A DNA stretch of 64,000 nt from Alphaproteobacteria bacterium. Its GTDB lineage: Bacteria > Pseudomonadota > Alphaproteobacteria > UBA7985. This document shows positions 8,186 through 17,841 of this stretch, piece after piece. The first letter of the stretch is position 1, and each line of letters starts with the position of its first letter. Made by a program: the position numbers and the translations under genes. The notes under the pieces were generated by a model. It searched no databases. It saw only the letters and a program-made list of their open reading frames with translations, and had not been told where the DNA came from. Location of the stretch: assembly GCA_964228455.1 (NCBI GenBank), contig CAXQZM010000070.1, positions 180 through 64,179 on the forward strand, in the 5' to 3' direction.

Positions 8186-9862
8186 CTAATCTTTGGTCAT
8201 CCCTGCTTTTTTAAACGCTTCACCCAAAATTGATCCGAGGGCTGCGCCGGAATCTGCTGAGCCATGTTTTGCCATTGCTTCACGCTCTTCAGCTTCCTCT
8301 AACGCTCTAATGGATAGATTAATGCGACGCGAACGGGCATCGAGCTGTGTAACTTTCGCATCGATACGCTCACCAGCTGAGAAGCGGTCCGTCCGCTGTT
8401 CACCGCGATCACGAGATAAGTCTCCACGTCGGATATAGCCTTCAACACCATCCGCAACCTCCACGGCCAAGCCGCCAGATTGAACCTCTTTAATTGTTAC
8501 GGTGATGATTTGCCCTTTCTTAAGATCGCCCATAGCTTCAGCATAGGGATCTGCGCCCATTTGCTTAATACCAAGCCCTACACGCTCTTTCTCAGTATCA
8601 ATCTCAAGAACCTTAGCTTGTACAACATCACCTTTCTTGTAGGTAGCTAGTGCCTCCTCGCCAGACATGTCCCATGACAGATCATTCAAGTGGACCATGC
8701 CATCTATGTCATCTTCGAGTCCAACGAACAAGCCAAACTCTGTAGTGTTTTTAACTTCGCCCTCAATTGTAGAACCAACCGGATGCTCTCTCTCCAGCTT
8801 TATCCAAGGATTTTCTTGAGTCTGTTTAAGGCCCAGAGAAATTCGACGCTTTTCATTATCTATATCTAGGATAACAACATCAACTTCTTGGCTGGTTGAG
8901 ACAATCTTACCAGGGTGCACATTCTTTTTAGTCCAGGACATCTCCGAGACGTGCACAAGGCCCTCAATTCCATCCTGAAGCTCTACGAACGCCCCATAAT
9001 CTGTAATGTTCGTGATCTGGCCTGAGAGACGCTGACCAATGTCAAATGTCTTAGACTGCACCTCCCAAGGATCTGCTTCGAGCTGCTTCATTCCGAGAGA
9101 AATACGCTGTGTTTCTTCATTAAACTTAATAACGATAACTTCAACGGACTGGCCGATCGTCAATGCCTCTGAAGGATGATTAATCCTCTTCCATGAAATA
9201 TCTGTGACATGCAGAAGACCATCAACACCGCCTAGATCCACGAATGCGCAATAGTCAGTGATTTTTTTAACTACACCAGTAAACTGCTTACCCTCTTCAA
9301 GCCCTGCAACAATTTCTGCGCGGGCTTCATTTCGAGTTTCCTCTAAAATTGCTCGGCGAGAAACGACGATATTACCGCGCAGCCGATCCATTTTTAAAAT
9401 AGCAAAAGGCTGTCTAACATTCATAAGAGGACCGACGTCTCGAACTGGCCGGATATCTACTTGGGAACCTGGTAAAAAAGCCATGGCTCCGCCAAGGTCC
9501 ACGGTAAACCCGCCTTTAACCCGGTTGAACATCACACCATCTACGCGTTCTTCAGTTTCAAATTTTTTCTCTAAATCTACCCAAGCCTCTTCACGACGAG
9601 CACGCTCGCGAGATAGACCGATTAAACCATCTCGATCCTCATAGCGTTCCACAAATACATCGACGACGTCGCCAACTTTTATGCTAGGCTCTTCGCCTGG
9701 CATAGAAAATTCTCTTAAAGGAATGCGGCCTTCAGACTTTAGGCCGACATCGATTGTCGCCATGTCATTATGGATTTCTATGATAGTACCAGCAACTACA
9801 TTGCCTGTCAGGGATGTCTCGGAGGATTCGCCGAATAGTTCAGCGAAGGATTCGTTGGTCAT
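8186..9862 (-). CDS. rpsA: 30S ribosomal protein S1
   Basis: Six S1 domains with repeated VKGG/GLLH/VGQ motifs. ORF extends to 9904. Start placed at the in-frame ATG giving MTNESFAELF, which is typical of S1 N-termini. The exact start is uncertain. Confidence 0.9.
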   Translation of the reverse strand: MTNESFAELFGESSETSLTGNVVAGTIIEIHNDMATIDVGLKSEGRIPLREFSMPGEEPSIKVGDVVDVFVERYEDRDGLIGLSRERARREEAWVDLEKKFETEERVDGVMFNRVKGGFTVDLGGAMAFLPGSQVDIRPVRDVGPLMNVRQPFAILKMDRLRGNIVVSRRAILEETRNEARAEIVAGLEEGKQFTGVVKKITDYCAFVDLGGVDGLLHVTDISWKRINHPSEALTIGQSVEVIVIKFNEETQRISLGMKQLEADPWEVQSKTFDIGQRLSGQITNITDYGAFVELQDGIEGLVHVSEMSWTKKNVHPGKIVSTSQEVDVVILDIDNEKRRISLGLKQTQENPWIKLEREHPVGSTIEGEVKNTTEFGLFVGLEDDIDGMVHLNDLSWDMSGEEALATYKKGDVVQAKVLEIDTEKERVGLGIKQMGADPYAEAMGDLKKGQIITVTIKEVQSGGLAVEVADGVEGYIRRGDLSRDRGEQRTDRFSAGERIDAKVTQLDARSRRINLSIRALEEAEEREAMAKHGSADSGAALGSILGEAFKKAGMTKD

Positions 9863-9976
9863 ATTTTTTGGAGTTTCTTGATTAGGGCTTCGGCGAGGGA
9901 TCAACTAGAGCCCGGGGTTGGTTGTGATAGTATAAACCGCGGACCTCGCAATCCGACAGTGAGACGAAGCAGCCCC

Positions 9977-10600
9977 TTATAGTGAGTCCCGCCATATGGA
10001 AAGAGCTAAGTTCAGAACTGAAGGAGCATCCATATCACTTGTGTCAATCATATAAGAGTCTGGTGCTACCTCCATGGGAGCCTCACTGCGCGAGGCGTCG
10101 CGAGCATCACGACGTCTAACCTGCAAAAGGAGATCATCTATTGTTGGAGTTGAGGGTGAATTTAACTGCTCATGTCTTCGTCGCGCTCGTACTTCAGCAC
10201 GCGCCGTAACAAACAATTTTAAATCTGCCTCTGGAAAAATTTTTGTGCCAATATCTCTCCCATCAAGAATTGCGCCAGCTTTCCTATCTGGCGGGTTTAA
10301 TCCAAAGGTACGCTGAAAGTCGTACAGAGCCCCTCGCACTCCCTGCTGAGCAGCAACTTGTGACGCTAACTCTCCGGTCTCTGCACTTCGAAGACTGGTA
10401 TGGGTTAAGTCTTCAGGCTTAAGATTCTGAGCGATTTTTGTGGCATCATCTAGAGAATTAGCCAACCGCGCTTTTATACCTACTGCTCGATATAAAGAAC
10501 CCGTGTCTAAATAAGCAAAATCGAGTTTTGCTGCCATGGATTGCGCGAGTGTGCCTTTACCTGCGGCCGCAGGGCCATCTATGGCTATGACCTTGGTCAT
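9977..10600 (-). CDS. cmk: Cytidylate kinase
   Basis: P-loop IAIDGPAAAGKGT followed by YLDTGSLYRAV. The cmk-rpsA linkage is classic. Confidence 0.9.
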   Translation of the reverse strand: MTKVIAIDGPAAAGKGTLAQSMAAKLDFAYLDTGSLYRAVGIKARLANSLDDATKIAQNLKPEDLTHTSLRSAETGELASQVAAQQGVRGALYDFQRTFGLNPPDRKAGAILDGRDIGTKIFPEADLKLFVTARAEVRARRRHEQLNSPSTPTIDDLLLQVRRRDARDASRSEAPMEVAPDSYMIDTSDMDAPSVLNLALSIWRDSL

Positions 10601-12060
10601 CCAAAGTATTCTTCAATTTTTAATAGTGTCTCAGGACTAACCCGAAGACCCATTTTGCTGCGTCGCCATAAGTAGTCATTGGCTCTCTTTGCAAACTCGT
10701 TGGTTTTCACATGCTTAAGCTCAGCTTCATAGACGCCATCACCCAAGCAAGGACCCGGTGATTCCGCCATCCCAAACGCATAACTGCCATAGTTTCGTAA
10801 CCAGCGGAAAAGCACCTTTTGTTCCAAGTCTGGCGCAGCTTCTCGCAACTCCTTCATCCTAGCGTCAAAGTCTAACCCCATATCACCGCCTGGCAATACC
10901 GAAGACGCTGTCCAAGGTTCCGACATAGTGAGTATACCCTCAAAATGCTTTAACGCATCCTCGGCCAACTCTCGAGCTGCAGTGAGCTTGCCTCCATATA
11001 CAGATAGCAATGGCGCTTTCTCTATAGAGCCCTCCATAGAGAAGGAATAATCTCGGGAAACCTTTGAGGCTGCTTTACCTTCCTCAAACAAAAGTGGGCG
11101 CACACCTGAGTAGCGCCAAACAATCTGATCCGTAGATAAGGGTGACTCGAGGTAACGTGAAACTGCTTGGCAAAGATATGCTGCTTCATCATCGGAGCAC
11201 CTTACCTGATCCGGTTCGCCTTCGTGATTAACATCCGTTGTGCCTATAAGAGTGAAGTCCTCCTCATAAGGTATCATAAATATAACCCGACCATCTGTGT
11301 TCTGGAGCAAGAATGAATGCTCAACACCCTCAATTTTGGGCACGATAATGTGAGAGCCTCTGACGTGCCGCAGCTGTCCAGGTCTATTTTTTGCCACCAC
11401 ATTACTATCAACTTTGTCAGCCCATGGACCTGCGGCATTTACCACCGCTTTTGCTTGACCGTGTAAAAGATCACCGTTCTCATCTCTTAACGTGAAATTC
11501 CAGTGCGTTTCATTTTTTGAACGCCGGGCTGATGTAACTTCAGTTCGGGTTAAGACCCTCCCGCCACGTGCAACTAAATCTTGAGCCATTAGAGCAACTA
11601 GACGAGCGTCTTGCACCCAACAGTCGGAATAAACGAACCCATTTCGATAATTACTTTTAAGGGGATTAATGCTTGTAAATTCCTTAGAAAAACGCACACC
11701 ACGAGACCCTGGTAACAACTCTCTCCTAGCTAGATTATCATAGAGAAAAAGCCCCGCTCGGATCATCCAGCGTGGGCGTTGTTCCGCGCTATGGGGAAGA
11801 TAAAAACGCATCGGCCAAATAATGTGCGGCGCTGAACTCATTAGAATTTCACGTTCTTTTAAGGCCGCTCTTACTAGCCTAAATTCATAGGTCTCCAAGT
11901 AGCGTAAACCACCATGAATTAGCTTAGTCGAGGCGCTCGATGTACCACTTGCTAAGTCATTTTTCTCTACAAGAAGCGTCTCGAGGCCACGACCCTGAGC
12001 ATCACGGGCGATAGCGGCACCGTTCACGCCGCCGCCAATTACTAACAAATCATAATCCAT
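10597..12060 (-). CDS. glpD: FAD-dependent glycerol-3-phosphate dehydrogenase
   Basis: YDLLVIGGGVNGAAIARDAQGRGL FAD-binding fold and the GLRYLE region typical of GlpD. 487 aa. Confidence 0.8.
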   Translation of the reverse strand: MDYDLLVIGGGVNGAAIARDAQGRGLETLLVEKNDLASGTSSASTKLIHGGLRYLETYEFRLVRAALKEREILMSSAPHIIWPMRFYLPHSAEQRPRWMIRAGLFLYDNLARRELLPGSRGVRFSKEFTSINPLKSNYRNGFVYSDCWVQDARLVALMAQDLVARGGRVLTRTEVTSARRSKNETHWNFTLRDENGDLLHGQAKAVVNAAGPWADKVDSNVVAKNRPGQLRHVRGSHIIVPKIEGVEHSFLLQNTDGRVIFMIPYEEDFTLIGTTDVNHEGEPDQVRCSDDEAAYLCQAVSRYLESPLSTDQIVWRYSGVRPLLFEEGKAASKVSRDYSFSMEGSIEKAPLLSVYGGKLTAARELAEDALKHFEGILTMSEPWTASSVLPGGDMGLDFDARMKELREAAPDLEQKVLFRWLRNYGSYAFGMAESPGPCLGDGVYEAELKHVKTNEFAKRANDYLWRRSKMGLRVSPETLLKIEEYFG

Positions 12061-12199
12061 GGACGATCTATAGGGTTATGAATATCGTGGGTGAAGTCAT
12101 TTCATTAACTATTTCTGAGTAACTTTTGACTCCATGCATCTACCTCTTTTAACCTTGGCCTGAGGCCTAATTTAAATGCGTTCCAGTATAAAAAAAGAT

Positions 12200-13399
12200 T
12201 TAACTTGATGAATAAATATCGATCAAATGCAGATATGAGCCTGCAACCGTTCCTACCTTCAAACCCTGCAAACCTTGGCTAGAGCCGTACGCATCATTAA
12301 CTTCGAAAAGTGCCTCAGCTTCACCTTGCCATTCGATCCGCGTATAATGAAATTCGTGTCCGCGCCAAATCTCACCTTCAGAGCCCAGAGAAAAATTGGT
12401 AAGCGCTCGAATCTCGCGATAACCCAGATGTCGCTTCTTTTTAGCAAAGGTAGTAACTAAAGGCAGCAATCCGGCCATCTGATGGCGTACCCCTTGCGCA
12501 TCAATAATTGCTTCACCTAGCACCATAAATCCCCCACACTCACCATAGATTGGAACGCCGGCCTCAGCGGCCTGACGCAAGTTGGGCAAAAAATGTTGAT
12601 CCGATTTTATCTTGTCCAAGTATAGCTCTGGATAGCCGCCTGGGAGAAAAATACTTTGTTCGGGGACTTGCATGTGAGGGTATGAAAAACATAACCCCAA
12701 ATCAGGATGCCCAATCGATGAGAAAGTCATTGGAGTTTCTGGTTTAAGCACACTTTCGTTTGCGAGATGAGAAGTTTCAACAAGAGGATTCGCCCATTCA
12801 GAGGCTTTAAGAAGAAAACGATTAAGGTCGGAATTTTCATCTGCCATATGCAGGCCCAAGTGCCGGCTTGGAAGCACCAGACTATCTTCTGGTGGCAAGA
12901 ACCAACTTGGAATATCAGAATGCAAGGCTTCACGGATTAATGCTTCGTGTCTTTTGCTCGCAACCCGGTTAAAAATTACTCCGCTTATGGCAAGATCGGG
13001 GTCTCGGAGCACTAGACCCTCTGCAACTGCCGCCGCCGTTTGTGCGGATTTGCTCGCGTCAACCACTAAAATTATAGGCCAACCAGAAATACGTGACAGA
13101 GCGGCTGTTGAACCAGGTCCATCATGCAGTCCCATGACACCCTCTACAATTGCCACCTCATCAGGCTTAACACCGCCGATAAGACGAGATATCGTCTCCC
13201 TGCGCATAGCCCAGGGATCGAGGTTTGCGCATGGTGCGCCTGCGGCAGCGCTCAAATAAGTTGGATCAATATAATCTGGACCGGTTTTAAAAGGACGTAC
13301 TTTTTGACCCGCGGAGGTTAAAGCAGAAATCAAACCCAAAGTAATAGTAGTTTTCCCAGCACCTGAATTAGGGGCAGCTATTATTAAACCTCGAGCCAA
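12200..13399 (-). CDS. cobB: Cobyrinate (hydrogenobyrinate) a,c-diamide synthase
   Basis: N-terminal ATPase P-loop APNSGAGKTTITLGL and a C-terminal glutamine amidotransferase domain with YGECGGFMVLG. 399 aa, which is somewhat short. The last ~20 codons lie in AT-rich sequence. Confidence 0.8.
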   Translation of the reverse strand: MARGLIIAAPNSGAGKTTITLGLISALTSAGQKVRPFKTGPDYIDPTYLSAAAGAPCANLDPWAMRRETISRLIGGVKPDEVAIVEGVMGLHDGPGSTAALSRISGWPIILVVDASKSAQTAAAVAEGLVLRDPDLAISGVIFNRVASKRHEALIREALHSDIPSWFLPPEDSLVLPSRHLGLHMADENSDLNRFLLKASEWANPLVETSHLANESVLKPETPMTFSSIGHPDLGLCFSYPHMQVPEQSIFLPGGYPELYLDKIKSDQHFLPNLRQAAEAGVPIYGECGGFMVLGEAIIDAQGVRHQMAGLLPLVTTFAKKKRHLGYREIRALTNFSLGSEGEIWRGHEFHYTRIEWQGEAEALFEVNDAYGSSQGLQGLKVGTVAGSYLHLIDIYSSS

Positions 13400-14175
13400 T
13401 TCAATTGCTCCCTCAGACCTACGTTAGCCCCGACCACAATCAAAGCAGGAGATCCAAACTTATGCGCTGAGACATCTTCTACGGTTCTCCCCACCGTAGT
13501 ATCAAGAATTCGCATGTTGGGCAATGTAGCATTCTGTACGACAGCTACTGGCTCATCAATTGGCCGACCTCCAGCAATTAGTGATTGCATTATCCGGTCC
13601 AAATGTTTGATCGCCATAAATATTACAAGTGCAGGGCTTGATTTAGCTAATCCAGTCCAATCAACATTGTCAGGAACATCCCCTGTTACGGAATGCCCAG
13701 TAATAAAAGTTACTGCTGAGTTCGTACTTCGGTGAGTTAGGGGAATACCAGCATATGCCAATCCTCCGATACCACTTGATACTCCTGGGACAAAACGAAA
13801 TGGCACTCCAGCGTCTAGCAGTGCCAATGCCTCTTCCCCACCACGGCCAAATACCAATGGGTCACCACCCTTTAACCTGACCACACGTTTGCCTTGCTTG
13901 GCAAGCGCAACCAAACGGGAGCTAATATCTACCTGCTTAGGACTAGAAACGCCACCGCGCTTTCCTGCAAATACTAATTCTGCATCGCCATTTGCCCAAT
14001 CTAAAATGTCCTGACCAATTAAAGCATCATGCACAACAACATCTGCTTGCTGAATTGCAGATAGTCCAAGAAGCGTGAATAAGCCTGGATCTCCAGGGCC
14101 TGCGCCCACCAGCCAAACATGGCCTGGCTTCAGCTCACCAAGACTAGCAACATTTGGCAAAGAATTTGACATCAC
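13384..14175 (-). CDS. cobA: Uroporphyrinogen-III C-methyltransferase (SUMT)
   Basis: VWLVGAGPGDPGLFTL and VVRLKGGDPLVFGRGGEE are tetrapyrrole methylase motifs. Overlaps cobB by 16 nt. Confidence 0.85.
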   Translation of the reverse strand: MMSNSLPNVASLGELKPGHVWLVGAGPGDPGLFTLLGLSAIQQADVVVHDALIGQDILDWANGDAELVFAGKRGGVSSPKQVDISSRLVALAKQGKRVVRLKGGDPLVFGRGGEEALALLDAGVPFRFVPGVSSGIGGLAYAGIPLTHRSTNSAVTFITGHSVTGDVPDNVDWTGLAKSSPALVIFMAIKHLDRIMQSLIAGGRPIDEPVAVVQNATLPNMRILDTTVGRTVEDVSAHKFGSPALIVVGANVGLREQLNWLEV

Positions 14176-14250
14176 TGCCCCCTATCCTGGCCTTAAGAGG
14201 ACATCTATAGGAAACCGACCTATGACCTCGACAATTGAGACATAAAGATC

Positions 14251-15342
14251 ATGGCAAGTGCATTTTCAGCTAAAAGCGAGCCACATCCAGGCGTTAAAAA
14301 TACCGGTAAAAGCGGCCGTTTAAAAAGGGGCTGGACCACAGGTGCCTGCGCTACGGCTGCAACCAAGGCTGCTCTTATTGCATTGTTGGATGGGGACTTT
14401 CCTGACCCTATTAGCATCACATTACCCGGTGGCCAAACCCCTGCATTTACAATTTCCAGACATAAACAGGGCATAGATTGGGCTCAAGCAAGTGTCATAA
14501 AAGATGCTGGCGATGACCCTGATGTCACCCACGGGGCGGAAGTGCAGGTTTTGATTAAGCGGTCAGAAAAACCAGGGTTGCGCTTCCACGCGGGGTCAGG
14601 CGTTGGCACTGTCACTAAAGAAGGGTTACCGATCGAGGTAGGACAGGCATCTATCTCCCCGACACCACGCACAATGATGACCACTGTGGTCTCAGAGAGG
14701 TTGAACCTAGAGCACGAGGGGCTCGACATCACCATATCAATTCCGGGGGGAGAAAAACTAGCAGAGAAGACATGGAATGGACGGCTGGGTATTTTGGGTG
14801 GACTCTCGATTTTGGGCACGACTGGTGTGGTTGTACCCTATTCCTGCGCCGCTTGGATCCACTCTATTCATCGCGGTATTGATGTAGCACGAGCGAACAA
14901 AATTCAGCACGTGGCAGCGGCAACAGGAAATCAGTCAGAAGCTGGCATACAAGCGATGTATGATCTACCGAGTCACGCACTAATTGATATGGGCGACTTT
15001 GCCGGTGCAATGCTAAAATATCTAAAAAAGTACCCCATACCAAAGCTATCAATTGCAGGTGGTCCAGGGAAGCTAGCGAAACTAGCCCAGGGCCACGGTG
15101 ATTTGCATTCATCAAGATCTCAAGTTGATGTGATGTTTTTAAGTCAGATTAGCGGCCAAGACATTGGTAATGCTCAAACTGCAGCCCAAGCTCTGAAAAA
15201 CGTCTCAGCTCCAAATGACTTTGCAAATTCAATTGCAAAACATGCACAGCGGGAGGCGCAGAAACGACTTGGCTCTGGTATTTTGATTGACGTACAGCTT
15301 TTCGACCGAGTGGGTAAGCATTTGGGAGGGGCAAATGCTTAA
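14251..15342 (+). CDS. cbiD: Cobalt-precorrin-5B C1-methyltransferase CbiD
   Basis: CbiD signature LKRGWTTGACATAATKAA near the N-terminus. 363 aa. Confidence 0.8.
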   Translation: MASAFSAKSEPHPGVKNTGKSGRLKRGWTTGACATAATKAALIALLDGDFPDPISITLPGGQTPAFTISRHKQGIDWAQASVIKDAGDDPDVTHGAEVQVLIKRSEKPGLRFHAGSGVGTVTKEGLPIEVGQASISPTPRTMMTTVVSERLNLEHEGLDITISIPGGEKLAEKTWNGRLGILGGLSILGTTGVVVPYSCAAWIHSIHRGIDVARANKIQHVAAATGNQSEAGIQAMYDLPSHALIDMGDFAGAMLKYLKKYPIPKLSIAGGPGKLAKLAQGHGDLHSSRSQVDVMFLSQISGQDIGNAQTAAQALKNVSAPNDFANSIAKHAQREAQKRLGSGILIDVQLFDRVGKHLGGANA

Positions 15343-16099
15343 AATATTAGTTCTTGGTGGAACAATAGAAGCCAGGGAATTAAGTTTAGCACTCGTAGAA
15401 ACGGGCCATGAGGTCACAATCTCATTTGCCGGCCTAACGCGAAACCCATTGACAGCGGACGGGGTCTTTTTAATTAGCGGCGGGTTTGGCGGACCTCAAG
15501 GCCTAGCGAATTACTTAAGCAACACACAGACCGACATATTAATTGATAGTACGCATCCATTTGCTAACCGAATGTCACGAAATGCTTTCATTGCAGGTAG
15601 ATTATCTAACACGGAAGTACTTGCACTCAGGCGACCAAGCTGGAATCGCAGGCCTGGTGATAGGTGGAAAAACCTTGATACTCTCGAAAAAGCCGTGAAG
15701 CGATTAAGACACGCGAAGCCTAAGCGCGTTCTATTAGCTCTAGGTGGGCAAGGCGCAGAGCAATTTAGAAAATGCCGCCAACATCAGTTTCAGGCTCGAG
15801 TGCTGATCAACTCCGCGACTAATTTGGCTACCTCTTCTGCGCATCGCTGGAAAGGATTGGAGATTATTCGAGTGGATTCGCGCCGAACAGTAACAGAAGA
15901 AATCAACGAAATCTGCAACTATAGGCCAGATTTAATGATTGTTCGAAATGCTGGAGGGCCACTAAATGCAAAACTTGACGCTGCCAGAAGACTGTCGCTG
16001 CCGGTTTGGTTAATTGACAGGCCCCCAATGCCGCCCGTACCTTTATTTTCGTCGCCTACAGCGCTGCTCAAGCATTTACAAAATGAGAAGCTCGCGTGA
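15335..16099 (+). CDS. cobK: Precorrin-6A/cobalt-precorrin-6A reductase
   Basis: MLKILVLGGTIEAREL N-terminus typical of CobK/CbiJ. Start at the ATG 15335 overlaps the cbiD stop and is preceded by a GGGAGG Shine-Dalgarno. The ORF in the track begins at 15287. Confidence 0.8.
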   Translation: MLKILVLGGTIEARELSLALVETGHEVTISFAGLTRNPLTADGVFLISGGFGGPQGLANYLSNTQTDILIDSTHPFANRMSRNAFIAGRLSNTEVLALRRPSWNRRPGDRWKNLDTLEKAVKRLRHAKPKRVLLALGGQGAEQFRKCRQHQFQARVLINSATNLATSSAHRWKGLEIIRVDSRRTVTEEINEICNYRPDLMIVRNAGGPLNAKLDAARRLSLPVWLIDRPPMPPVPLFSSPTALLKHLQNEKLA

Positions 16100-16326
16100 T
16101 GAACACCACAACGCGAGAGCGACGACAGACACGCCGAAAGGTCCGGCCGATAATTGACACCAGCATTCCCAGCCCGTGCAAGTCATTGTGTCAAATTGAT
16201 AAAACTAATTCCACCTGCATTGGATGTAGAAGAACCTTGGACGAAATAAGAAATTGGATGATAATGACTGCGGAGGAAAAACAGTCCGTATGGCAACGCC
16301 TCAATTCGATATCGACTGATGCCTAG
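16099..16326 (+). CDS. DUF1289-family small Cys protein
   Basis: SPCKSLCQID...CIGCRRTLDEIRNWM matches the DUF1289 Cys-x-x-Cys...Cys-x-Gly-Cys-x-Arg pattern. Translationally coupled to cobK (TGATG) and to cobU. Confidence 0.5.
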   Translation: MNTTTRERRQTRRKVRPIIDTSIPSPCKSLCQIDKTNSTCIGCRRTLDEIRNWMIMTAEEKQSVWQRLNSISTDA

Positions 16327-16810
16327 TCATCTTATCTTAGGAGGCCGAAGATCAGGAAAATCTGCTTTTGCAGAAGCTGAGGCTTTAGCGCTAAAGAAAC
16401 CCTTAACCTACATAGCTACATCTCGAGCATATGACAAAGATCATGCAGAACGCATAAATCTGCATCGACAGCGACGGCAGGGAGAGGGATGGACAGTTCA
16501 TGAATCTGGAGACCCAACAGAGCTCCAGGGTCACCTTAATTTAGCTTCAGGTGCTGTCCTAGTTGACTGCTTATCCATGTGGCTTAACAATATCTTTCTC
16601 GACAATATTGATATCCCACCCCTTACTCTTCCAGTCACTGATGCTTATCTCATCTTAGTCTCTACCGAGGTTGGATTAGGTATTCACTCGGAAACATCGT
16701 TGGGCCGCCGATATGCTGACAAGCTGGGCGAACTCAACCAGTCGATAGCAGCCCAAGCTGACAAAGTCAGTTTCGTTGCTGCAGGTCTAAATTTAAAACT
16801 AAAAGGCTAG
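16319..16810 (+). CDS. cobU: Adenosylcobinamide kinase / adenosylcobinamide-phosphate guanylyltransferase
   Basis: P-loop LILGGRRSGKSAFAE. About 160 aa, typical of CobU/CobP. Confidence 0.85.
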   Translation: MPSHLILGGRRSGKSAFAEAEALALKKPLTYIATSRAYDKDHAERINLHRQRRQGEGWTVHESGDPTELQGHLNLASGAVLVDCLSMWLNNIFLDNIDIPPLTLPVTDAYLILVSTEVGLGIHSETSLGRRYADKLGELNQSIAAQADKVSFVAAGLNLKLKG

Positions 16811-16812
16811 CA

Positions 16813-17841
16813 ATGCTTAAAAAAATCCCCGCAACCATCATAACAGGCTTTCTCGGTGCAGGAAAAACAACATTGGTGCGGCATCTAATGGAAAATAACA
16901 ATGGAAAACGCTTAGCGCTTATAGTTAATGAGTTTGGTGATGTGGGAGTGGATGGTGAACTGTTAAGATCTTGTGGTATTGAAGGGTGCTCCGATGACGT
17001 GATGGTTGAGCTATCAAATGGGTGTTTGTGCTGTACCGTCGCGGATGACTTTATACCCGCAATAGAGGCATTGCTCGCACTCCCCCAGCGTCCTGACCAC
17101 ATCCTAATTGAGACCTCGGGACTAGCCCTGCCAAAACCTCTTGTTCAAGCTTTTAATTGGCCAGAGATCAAAACTAAAGTAACGGTAGATGGCGTTGTTT
17201 CACTAGTTGACGCACGGGCCACTGCAGACGGACTGTTTGCGCCTAACCCCAATGCAGTTGAGGCTCAACGTAAAGCAGATGAAGGTCTTGATCACGAAAC
17301 ACCACTTGAAGAACTTTTTGAAGAACAATTAGGTTCCGCAGATTTAATTCTAGTCAACAAAACAGATCTTATCACTAGCGCTGAAAAGCTAGATGTAATC
17401 GAAAAAATTAATCAAGAAAAAAGGACTGCAGCTCAAATTCTGTGGGCTACTCAAGGGCAAGTTGACCCTCGAGCCCTTCTTGGGTTGGGCTTGGCAGCAG
17501 AGGATGATCTCGATAGCCGCCCATCCCATCATGATGGAACTGATGAACACGAGCATGATGACTTCGATACCTGCGTTGTCTCTGCACCTGATGGTATGAG
17601 TAAGGATGCGCTCATTGCCAAGTGCCGGGCAGCAGTTAATGAATTTGGATTATACCGAATGAAAGGATTCGCCCCAATACCTAACAGCAATATGCGCCTA
17701 GCAATACAAGGTGTTGGCAACCGCTTCCAAGCGCATTTCGATAGGGATTGGGCTGAAGGTGAAGACCGTCAAAGCCGGCTGGTTGCTATTGGTCAGCACG
17801 GCCTGGATCCAAAAGCGTTACAAATTTTCATGAATGGCTAA
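16813..17841 (+). CDS. cobW: Cobalamin biosynthesis protein CobW (G3E GTPase)
   Basis: GFLGAGKTTL P-loop, CLCC motif, and a His-rich stretch SHHDGTDEHEHDD typical of the CobW/COG0523 family. Confidence 0.8.
   Translation: MLKKIPATIITGFLGAGKTTLVRHLMENNNGKRLALIVNEFGDVGVDGELLRSCGIEGCSDDVMVELSNGCLCCTVADDFIPAIEALLALPQRPDHILIETSGLALPKPLVQAFNWPEIKTKVTVDGVVSLVDARATADGLFAPNPNAVEAQRKADEGLDHETPLEELFEEQLGSADLILVNKTDLITSAEKLDVIEKINQEKRTAAQILWATQGQVDPRALLGLGLAAEDDLDSRPSHHDGTDEHEHDDFDTCVVSAPDGMSKDALIAKCRAAVNEFGLYRMKGFAPIPNSNMRLAIQGVGNRFQAHFDRDWAEGEDRQSRLVAIGQHGLDPKALQIFMNG

Noticed and set aside
8193-9881. Several 60-130-aa ORFs antisense within rpsA
   Set aside because: They lie entirely within the strongly supported S1 gene on the opposite strand. 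Their proteins are low-complexity Ser/Arg/Pro-rich.
14176-14250. Possible cobalamin riboswitch between the divergent cobA and cbiD genes
   Set aside because: The intergenic spacer is only 75 bp and lacks the conserved B12-box. It is too short for the ~200-nt aptamer. The 14220-14474 minus-strand ORF is antisense to cbiD and rejected.
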